NCBI GenBank assembly: GCA_022750295.1
Contig: JAKIVZ010000003.1
Coordinates: forward strand, 51,616-115,615
Reading direction: 5' to 3'
Length of the DNA: 64,000 nucleotides
From: Candidatus Lutacidiplasma silvani
Lineage (GTDB): Archaea; Thermoplasmatota; Thermoplasmata; Lutacidiplasmatales; UBA184
Part shown: positions 56,933 to 64,000 of the stretch, one piece after another
Position numbering within the stretch: position 1 is the first letter of the stretch
Layout of the letters: every line of letters begins with the position of its first letter
Notes under the pieces: model-generated
The model's database searches: none
What the model was told of the DNA's origin: nothing
Seen by the model: the letters and a program-made list of their open reading frames with translations, nothing else
Position numbers and translations under genes: made by a program

Positions 56933-58743
56933 CCGTCCTCCGGGAGGGAAGGGCCGGGAGTCGCCGCGGGCCCGACCGCCGGGGTCGGGGAGGCGACCCA
57001 TCGAACCACCTCCCGGCCATCCCCGTCGTCCTCGAGGCGGACCCGACCGGCCTTCTGCCAGGCCGCGATCCCCCGCGCCACCTCCTCCGTCGAGACGTGG
57101 CGTTCCTCGGCGAGGAGCTCCAGGGTCGACCGGTCGATCCCATCGTCGGCCCCGGCGAGGAGTTCGCGGACGACCGACCGACCGGCGGTCCCGGCGGCCG
57201 GGGGGTCGCGCCGGGGCCACGGCCATCGGACCCATCGACGGACGACGAACCCCCCGAACAGCGCGAGCAGGGCGCCCGCGATGGCGCCCCCCAGCAGCCA
57301 GCCGGCGCCGATCGAGGGGGCGGTGGGGAGCGCCGGCCCCGAAGGGGCGACCCCGGCGCCGGCGACGTAGAGCGTGAACGTGACGTTCGCCGCCCGGCCG
57401 GTCGAATCGGTCACGGAGCCGCGCAGGGTGAGGTACCCGGCGGCGACGGGTTCGGCGGTCCACGGTACGACCCCCGTCGACGAGACGTTGCCCGCGGTCG
57501 ACTCCCCGTCGGAGAGGCTGAGGGCGTACCGGTACGGGGGGAGCCCGCCGGAGATCGTGGCGTGGACCGGAACGCCGGCCCCGGCGAGGGGGGCGCTCGT
57601 GCCGAGGGCGACCGTGAGGTTCAACCCGGGCGCGACGTCGACCGTGACGTTCGCGCTCGCGGAGAGGCCAGACCCGTCGACGACCGTGACGGGGAGCTCC
57701 ACCGTTCCCGGCTGGTCGAACGTGACGGCGAGCGCCAACGTGCCGTCCGAAGCCAGCGTCCCCTCCGAGGGAGACTCGGCCGAGACGTCCGCGACCGGGG
57801 GAATCGACCAAGCGAACGGCGGGGTGCCATCCGCGACCTCGACCGAGACCGCGGTCCGGTAGCCGACCTCCGCGAACGGCACGCTCGCCGGCGCGAGGAC
57901 CGGCGGGGCCATCGCCCGGCCCACCGGGGTGAGGCCGTCGAAGCTTCGGTTCCAGGAGTCGATGACCGACCCGAGGACCCAGACGGGTCCGGGCGCGACC
58001 GGGACCACCGCGAGGGCGTACGTCCCGTCCGACGGGACGATCGCCGAGCCGTTCGACTCGCCCCCGGAGAGGAGCCAGTGGAGGGTGAACGGCCCGGCGC
58101 CGCCGGTCAGGTTGGCGTCGAAGACGAACGGTACCCCGACGTCCCCCAACCCTCCGGAGCTGCCGAGTTCGAGGAACGGCGGAGCCACGACGTCGATGTT
58201 CGCCGTCGCCGACGCCGTCTCTCCGTTCTCGTCATGGACCTCGAAGAGGACGGCGACCGTGCGGGCTGCGTCGGGCGCCGTCCAGTGGACCGACCAACCG
58301 TCCGTTACGGTGCCAAAGCTGAGGATCCAGAACGGGGTCTCCGTCCCCAGGCCCCCGGTGGCCGAACCGCTGAGGGTCACCGTGACCCCGACATCGACGG
58401 TTTGCGGAGCGCTCTCGATGTGGGCGGCCAAGCCGTCCGGGGCCACGGACCCCGAGACCGTCCGGGCCGGGCGAGGGGTCGACGCGTTCCGGGCGGCGCC
58501 GGGGACGGCCGACGCGCCCGACCGAAATTCGGACGCCGTCGCCCGCGCCGTCCCGGTCGAGGGTTCGGATCCCGCGCGCGGGCGACCCGGCGCGCCCCGA
58601 ACCGTCCGGTCGTCGTGCCCGACGAGGGGGGCGGTTCCGCCCGGTCCCGAGAGCGGGAGCGCGGTCAACAGGAGCAGCACGGCAACGGGTCCGACCAGCC
58701 AGGCATCCACGGTTCGCGTCGAGGGCGTTCGCACAGCAACCAC
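56929..58743 (-). CDS. Ig/PKD-like repeat surface protein with TM and cytoplasmic wHTH-like tail; first gene of the T4SS-like operon
   Basis: Signal peptide; GG..P(F/Y) Ig repeats; TM; GIDRSTLELLA...WQKAGRV; ATGA overlap with the pilin. Confidence 0.75.
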   Translation of the reverse strand: MVAVRTPSTRTVDAWLVGPVAVLLLLTALPLSGPGGTAPLVGHDDRTVRGAPGRPRAGSEPSTGTARATASEFRSGASAVPGAARNASTPRPARTVSGSVAPDGLAAHIESAPQTVDVGVTVTLSGSATGGLGTETPFWILSFGTVTDGWSVHWTAPDAARTVAVLFEVHDENGETASATANIDVVAPPFLELGSSGGLGDVGVPFVFDANLTGGAGPFTLHWLLSGGESNGSAIVPSDGTYALAVVPVAPGPVWVLGSVIDSWNRSFDGLTPVGRAMAPPVLAPASVPFAEVGYRTAVSVEVADGTPPFAWSIPPVADVSAESPSEGTLASDGTLALAVTFDQPGTVELPVTVVDGSGLSASANVTVDVAPGLNLTVALGTSAPLAGAGVPVHATISGGLPPYRYALSLSDGESTAGNVSSTGVVPWTAEPVAAGYLTLRGSVTDSTGRAANVTFTLYVAGAGVAPSGPALPTAPSIGAGWLLGGAIAGALLALFGGFVVRRWVRWPWPRRDPPAAGTAGRSVVRELLAGADDGIDRSTLELLAEERHVSTEEVARGIAAWQKAGRVRLEDDGDGREVVRWVASPTPAVGPAATPGPSLPEDG

Positions 58744-58849
58744 CGTCGGACGGAGCGGGGGGCCGAGTACTTGGGCGGGAATCTCCGGGCGAACGGTGAA
58801 CGAAGCCGAACCCCGGGTCGCGGGCGGGGTCGGCCGCCGCCGTTCCCGT

Positions 58850-59500
58850 CTACGTTCCGACGAGGAGCGCGAGGTGCTCCCGGGAGAACGGCCCGAGCTC
58901 GGTGGCGAAGACGACGCGGTGACCGGCGGCGGCGAGTTCGCGTCGAGCGGCCCGGCCCACCTCGGCCGGGGGAAGACGCTGGGTGACGGAGCGGGTCTTC
59001 AGCATGAGGAGCCCCCGCCGCGCCCGGCACACCGAGGCGTTCTCCTGGTAGATCCGGGTCTGGTCCCGCTGGGCGACGTCCTGGTACAGGAGGTCGACCG
59101 GCCCGACGTCGGCGGCGTACCGCTCGGGGAGCTGGGCGTCCGCGAGGATCGGAAGGATGTTCGCCCGTCGGCGCGCGAGGGCGAGCAGCGGAGCGAACAC
59201 GGTGGGGCTTTTTTCGATGGCGAAGATCGTCGCGTCCGGGAGCGCGTCGGAGAGATGGCTCACCGTGGTGCCGTGCGCGGCCCCGAGATAGAGGACGGTC
59301 CGGACCCCGTCGAAGAGCGGCCCCGACGGCGACTTCGTCAGGTACGCGGCCAGCTTGGAGCGCCACGGGTCCCAGAGCCGGAACTCCGCCCCGGACTCCG
59401 ACCGGAGCTCCTCCCCGTACACCGATTCGCCCGGCACCGCGTTCCGGGTGTACAGGTCCCGGCCGATCCGGAAGACGCCGGGCCACTCGGTGGGTTCCAC
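58850..59500 (-). CDS. flpA: Fibrillarin-like rRNA/tRNA 2'-O-methyltransferase
   Basis: SVYGE, RLWDPWRSKLAA, VLYLGAAHGTTVSHLSD, NILPILADA, YQDVAQRDQ. Confidence 0.95.
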   Translation of the reverse strand: MEPTEWPGVFRIGRDLYTRNAVPGESVYGEELRSESGAEFRLWDPWRSKLAAYLTKSPSGPLFDGVRTVLYLGAAHGTTVSHLSDALPDATIFAIEKSPTVFAPLLALARRRANILPILADAQLPERYAADVGPVDLLYQDVAQRDQTRIYQENASVCRARRGLLMLKTRSVTQRLPPAEVGRAARRELAAAGHRVVFATELGPFSREHLALLVGT

Positions 59501-59511
59501 GGATGGCGTCC

Positions 59512-59976
59512 TCAGCCGAGTCGCGCGAGGAGCTCGACCTCGACGCAGGCGCCGAGGGGCAATGCGGGTACCCCCATCGCCACGCGTGCGGGGCGACCGT
59601 TCTCGCCGAAGACCCGGATCAGGAGTTCCGTCGCCCCGTTGCCGACGTCCGGGTGCTGGGTGAACTCGGGCGACGACGCGACGTAGACGGCGACGCGGAC
59701 GATCTGCCGGACCCGGTCGAGCGTGCCGAGTTCGGCCTGGAGCGCGCTTAGCGCCTGGAGCGTGGCCTGCTCGGCCGCCGCCCTCGCCGAGGGGAGGTCC
59801 ACGGTCGTGCCGACGACGCCGGGATGGAGGAGTTTCCCGTCGATCCGGGGAATCTGGCCCGAGACGTACGCGTGGTCGCCGTCGACGACGACCGGCCGGT
59901 ACGTCCCGGCCGGGGGCGGCGGCGGGGGGAGCGTGATCCCGAGCTCGCGCAGCCGTTCGGCGACCCCACCGGACAT
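59512..59976 (-). CDS. RidA/YjgF family protein
   Basis: YVSGQIP, VGNGATELL..VFG..GRPARVAMGV..LP...CVEVE. Confidence 0.9.
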   Translation of the reverse strand: MSGGVAERLRELGITLPPPPPPAGTYRPVVVDGDHAYVSGQIPRIDGKLLHPGVVGTTVDLPSARAAAEQATLQALSALQAELGTLDRVRQIVRVAVYVASSPEFTQHPDVGNGATELLIRVFGENGRPARVAMGVPALPLGACVEVELLARLG

Positions 59977-60076
59977 CGGGGGCGGGACCGACCTCCGTGA
60001 GAAAAGCGTGATGGACCGACCGCGACGGGGACCTCCCGTTCGATGCCGCTATAGTCGGAGAAACGTACAACCGACG

Positions 60077-60565
60077 ATGTCCGGCCTCCTCCGCCGGTTC
60101 CGCCGTCCGAAGCCGAAGGACGAGGACGACGAACCGGCCGCGACTCCCTCTGGCGGCGAGGTCGAGGAATCGGACATCTACCCGCACCGGGGCCCCGCCC
60201 GCTCGGGGGACCCGGATATTGAGCCGGCGCCCGAACGTCCGAGCCCCGCCCCGTCGGACGACGAAGGGGTCGCCCCGTCACCGGCGGTTCCGGACGAGAT
60301 CGGTCCGGCGCCGACCACGGAGCCGCAAGGTTCGGAGCCCCATACCGGGCCGGATGCGTCTCCGGCCGCGCCGGCCATCGAGCCCGTCCCGGTCGAGCCG
60401 GGGGTGGAGGTCCCGATCTCCGCCCCGCCCCCGCTTCCCGAGGCCGAGGCGGGAAGTGGCCGGAACGTGCACCGCCCGCTCAGCGCGCCCACCCGATGCT
60501 TCCTCTGCGGGACCGAGATGAACGGCTCGTTCTGCCCGACGTGCCGGATGAGCTGGAACGACTAG
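60077..60565 (+). CDS. Acidic Pro-rich protein with C-terminal zinc ribbon
   Basis: CFLCG...FCPTC at the C-terminus; disordered-looking body. Confidence 0.65.
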   Translation: MSGLLRRFRRPKPKDEDDEPAATPSGGEVEESDIYPHRGPARSGDPDIEPAPERPSPAPSDDEGVAPSPAVPDEIGPAPTTEPQGSEPHTGPDASPAAPAIEPVPVEPGVEVPISAPPPLPEAEAGSGRNVHRPLSAPTRCFLCGTEMNGSFCPTCRMSWND

Positions 60566-60644
60566 TCCGTCGTTGGGGGAGGGGGCGACCGTCGTCCCCG
60601 CGGGGCTCCCCCTCATATGGGCGGGAGCCCCCTCGGAGGGGTCC

Positions 60645-62279
60645 ATGCCGGGCCACGCTTCTCCGTCGGTGGAATTCGACCAGCTCGAGCGGGACGTCGT
60701 CGACCACTTCTTCGAGCTCCAGCCCGGGTACGCCGTCTTTCTTGGCCTCCACCAGTACGACGGCCGAGTCCCGGACCTCTCTCGCGCCGCGACCGACGCG
60801 TGGGTGGCGAAGGCCGACACGCTCCTCGCCCGCCTGAAGGCGGTCGGCTCGGCGGAGCTCGCCCCCGCCCGGGCGATCGACCGGTCGCTCCTCGAGCTCC
60901 TGCTCTCGTCCCCCCGCTTCGACCTCGTCGACAGCCGCGACCTCGAGCGGAACCCGATGACGTACGTCGGCGGGATCTCGCTCACGCAGTACATGGTCCG
61001 GGACTACGCGCCGGTCGCCGACCGGGCCCGGGCGATCGTCCAGACCCTCGAGGCGGCCCCGAAGATGCTCGCCGACGGCGCCCACCGGTTGGACGCGGTC
61101 GTCGCGAGGCCGTTCCTCACGCTCTCGCTCGCGATCGGGAGTGGGCTGGCGTCCCACTTCGAGGAGGCCGAGGCGTTCGCCCGGAAGGAGTCGGGCACCC
61201 TCGGCGACCAGGTCCACGCGGCCCGGGAACGGGCCGACGCCGCGGTCCAGGAGTTCCTCGCCCGGATCCGGAGCGAGTGGATGCCGAGGGCCACCGACGA
61301 CTTCGCCCTCGGGGCGGAGCGGTACCAGAAGCTCCTGTGGGTCCGGGAGGGGATCCGAACCCCGTTCGAGGAGATCCGCCGGTCCGGCGAGGCCGACCTC
61401 GCGCGTAACCAGGCCCGCCTCGAGGCGATCGCGGGCGGGCCGGGGGGGGTCGCGGAACGGTTCGAGACGCTGTACCAAGACCACTCGACCGCGGCCGACC
61501 TGGTCCCGACCGCCCAGCGGTTCGTCGACGAGACGAAGCAGTTCGTCCGGGACCACGACCTCGTGACGATCCCGGAGCCGTCGTTCTGCCGGGTCGAGGA
61601 GACCCCGACGTACGGCCGGGCGCTCTCGACGGCCAGCATGAACCCTCCGGGACCGTTCGACGTCGGCCGGGCCGACGGAATCTACTTCGTGACGCCGGTC
61701 GACTCCGCGTGGCCGGCCCCGCGCCAGGAAGAGTGGCTCCGATCGTTGAACCGGGTGATGCTGAAGAACATCACCGTGCACGAAGTCTGGCCGGGCCACT
61801 ATCTCCAGTTCCTCCACTTCCGGCACTCGGTCGGGTCGCTCACGCGGAAGGTGTTCCTCTCGCCGTCGTTCACGGAGGGGTGGGCCCACTACTGCGAGCA
61901 GCTCGCCATCGAGGCCGGGATCGGCGGGACCGACTGGAAGGCGGAGGTCGCTCAGATCCACGACGCCCTCCTCCGCGATTGCCGGCTCCTCGCCTCGATC
62001 GGTCTCCACACGGGCGGGATGACGCTCCCGGAGGCGACCCAGCTTTTCGTCGACCGGGCCCACTTCGAGCAATTGCCGGCGGAGCGCGAGGCGATCCGCG
62101 GCACGTTCAACCCGGAGTACTTCTGCTACACGCTCGGGAAGCTCCGGATCCTCGAGGCCCGCGAGGCGCTCCTCGACCGGGAGTTCCACGGCTCGCTGAA
62201 GGCGTTCCACGACCGGCTGCTGTCGACCGGGGCGCCGCCCGTCGGCTTGCTCGAGACGCTGCTCACGGTCCGAGGCTAA
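60645..62279 (+). CDS. DUF885 family putative metallopeptidase
   Basis: HEVWPGHYLQ, FTEGWAHYCE, YTLGKLRI, KAFHDRLL..G..P. Confidence 0.9.
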   Translation: MPGHASPSVEFDQLERDVVDHFFELQPGYAVFLGLHQYDGRVPDLSRAATDAWVAKADTLLARLKAVGSAELAPARAIDRSLLELLLSSPRFDLVDSRDLERNPMTYVGGISLTQYMVRDYAPVADRARAIVQTLEAAPKMLADGAHRLDAVVARPFLTLSLAIGSGLASHFEEAEAFARKESGTLGDQVHAARERADAAVQEFLARIRSEWMPRATDDFALGAERYQKLLWVREGIRTPFEEIRRSGEADLARNQARLEAIAGGPGGVAERFETLYQDHSTAADLVPTAQRFVDETKQFVRDHDLVTIPEPSFCRVEETPTYGRALSTASMNPPGPFDVGRADGIYFVTPVDSAWPAPRQEEWLRSLNRVMLKNITVHEVWPGHYLQFLHFRHSVGSLTRKVFLSPSFTEGWAHYCEQLAIEAGIGGTDWKAEVAQIHDALLRDCRLLASIGLHTGGMTLPEATQLFVDRAHFEQLPAEREAIRGTFNPEYFCYTLGKLRILEAREALLDREFHGSLKAFHDRLLSTGAPPVGLLETLLTVRG

Positions 62280-63012
62280 GATCGCTCGGCGGCTCCAGGA
62301 CGTCGCCCGCGATCGTCGAGGTTGCCCCCGTCGACGTGCCATCGTTCGGGAGGATCGTTTTGAACGACCGGCCGGAGCCGCTCTTGCTCTCCCAGTTCGC
62401 CGAGGCGACGTGCGCGGCCCCGACCGTGACCGCGATGACGCGCGGGTTCCCGAGGTCGGGCGTGGAACGGACGACCGCGGAGTAGGCGACGAAGGCGACC
62501 TCGCTGTCGAACGTGCCGTACTGCGGGCCGAACCAGATCATGCCGAAGAAGCCAGCGCAGAACGCGAGGAGGCTCCCCAGAGCAAGGAGGGTCGTGCCCA
62601 GAAGGAAGAACCCCGCGAGTCCGGGGACCAACAGGACGACCGAACCGATCGTCTTGACCAGAGCCTTCCTTCGACGGACGAGGTCGAGGTGGAGGCCGCG
62701 TTCTCCCACCACGATCCCGCTCACTGGAATCCCTTGCGGGTGCGACCTCAATTGGGGCGGGATCTCCGCGGGGACGTCGAGGACGACCGGATACCCTGCC
62801 CGGGCGAGAGCCTCCACGGCGCGGGTGCGGATCTCCGCGAGCGAGTTGCCATCGACGTTCTGGCTCACGGCGAACGGAAACTTCCGCTTCGGGAGCGAAC
62901 GGTCGGTCCACCGAAACGCCTTCCCGGCCGCCGAGAGTTCGGCAGAACTCGGAGACGTCCCGCCGGCGTCTCCGGAGCGAAGGGGCCCTGTGGCGACGGA
63001 GCCGGTCACCAC
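62263..63012 (-). CDS. Hypothetical membrane protein (2 TM)
   Basis: Two adjacent hydrophobic helices mid-protein. Confidence 0.55.
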   Translation of the reverse strand: MVTGSVATGPLRSGDAGGTSPSSAELSAAGKAFRWTDRSLPKRKFPFAVSQNVDGNSLAEIRTRAVEALARAGYPVVLDVPAEIPPQLRSHPQGIPVSGIVVGERGLHLDLVRRRKALVKTIGSVVLLVPGLAGFFLLGTTLLALGSLLAFCAGFFGMIWFGPQYGTFDSEVAFVAYSAVVRSTPDLGNPRVIAVTVGAAHVASANWESKSGSGRSFKTILPNDGTSTGATSTIAGDVLEPPSDLSLGP

Positions 63013-63158
63013 CGACGAAACTCGCGACTCCCCGATAAAGCGGTAACCCGGTCCGGAACTCTGCGACTCCGTCGCATATGACGGACTCTTGCGGTCTATA
63101 GAAGCGTCTATAGTCTAAATCATAATTCTATATATCCCCACGTGCGGGTCGCCGACCG

Positions 63159-64000
63159 ATGCCCCGCGTCGAGGCTGCGAAGACCGCTCCCCGCTCCCCG
63201 GCGGTCGAGCTCGGGCCCGACGTGGAAGAGCGCCGGCTCCACCGGCTCGGCTCGGTCAGCATCGGGATCGCGCTGCCCCGCCGGTGGGTCGCGCGACACG
63301 GGCTCGCGAGCGGGGGAGCGGTCTACGTCTCCACGCGGCCGGACGGGACCATCCTCGTCCGGGACGGCCGGGACCTCCCCGCCGCGGCCACCGCCCAACT
63401 GCACGTTCCTCCCGGCGGGACCCCCGAACACCTGTTCCGCCAGCTGCTCCGCGCGTACCTGTCCGGGGCCCAGCGGTTCGAGGTCGTCGAGGCCGACGGA
63501 CTCTCCCCCGCGACCCGGAGCGCGGTCGCCGATTTCGTCCGGCGGACGATCCGTCCCGAGGTCGTGAACGACGACGGCCACCAGATCGTCGTCGCCGACG
63601 TCAGCCGGGGCGCCGACCTCGCCGTCGGTCCGGTCCTCCGTCGAATGGCCCAGGTCGTCCTCGAGCGGATCCGCCACGCGGGCCGCTCGTGGGTCGACGC
63701 CCACGGGACGCGGGGCGACGACTGGCGGGCCCGCGACGACGAGGTCGACCGGCACGCGTGGCTGATCGAGCGGATCCTGGTCCTGCGCCCGTGGCCCGAG
63801 GCCGGCCCCGGCGGCTTCCCTTCGGCGCTCTCCGAGACGTTCGCCCCACTGTTCCACGCGCGCTCGCTCGAGCGGGCCGCCGACCACGCGGTCCTGATCG
63901 CAGAACGGGGCGCCCGGCTTCGCGAGGCGAACCTCCCGGACGCGACGTACCGGGCCCTCACCGCCTATCACAAGCAGGTCGTCGACCACCTCGAGCTGGC
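63159..64000 (+). CDS. Second AbrB-PhoU family regulator, 3'-truncated by window edge (not in ORF track)
   Basis: Manual translation from ATG 63159: EERRLHRLGSVSIGIALPRRWV...LFRQLLRAYLSG...RDDEVDR...LERAADHA. Confidence 0.8.
   Translation, partial: MPRVEAAKTAPRSPAVELGPDVEERRLHRLGSVSIGIALPRRWVARHGLASGGAVYVSTRPDGTILVRDGRDLPAAATAQLHVPPGGTPEHLFRQLLRAYLSGAQRFEVVEADGLSPATRSAVADFVRRTIRPEVVNDDGHQIVVADVSRGADLAVGPVLRRMAQVVLERIRHAGRSWVDAHGTRGDDWRARDDEVDRHAWLIERILVLRPWPEAGPGGFPSALSETFAPLFHARSLERAADHAVLIAERGARLREANLPDATYRALTAYHKQVVDHLEL

Noticed and set aside
49172-58743. Calling the T4SS-like locus an ICE
   Set aside because: No integrase, att repeats, canonical relaxase or compositional shift was seen; kept only as an alternative hypothesis.

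Overview
High-GC archaeal chromosomal window. Fibrillarin, archaeal-type tRNAs without encoded CCA, an Hps-RraA fusion, AbrB-PhoU regulators, DUF981 and many PKD/kelch surface proteins point to Thermoplasmata, plausibly a soil/peat lineage such as Ca. Lutacidiplasmatales (inference). About 65 CDS, two tRNAs (Glu-TTC, Leu-CAG) and one intact IS630 are supported; no CRISPR or rRNA was seen. Three signals stand out. (1) Downstream of tRNA-Leu (21.8-28.7 kb) is an integrase-less tandem array of small gene cassettes. They are delimited by copies of the tRNA 3' end fused to a palindrome of up to 31 bp and carry two RelBE-type modules and secreted proteins, an integron-like architecture built on tRNA att sites. 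(2) A compact type IV secretion/conjugation-like locus (49.2-58.7 kb) encodes a pilin, VirB6-like, PrgI/VirB3-like, VirB4, an Ig-repeat surface protein and a VirD4/HerA ATPase with a putative C-terminal nuclease. It has no mobile-element hallmarks and abuts fibrillarin, so it is a candidate domesticated DNA-transfer system. (3) Several intact but apparently catalytically dead paralogues: a membrane pyrophosphatase without its catalytic motifs, a glycerate kinase with substituted motifs, and a Fur C-terminal domain alone. All family calls come from motif recognition by eye; no database searches were run.
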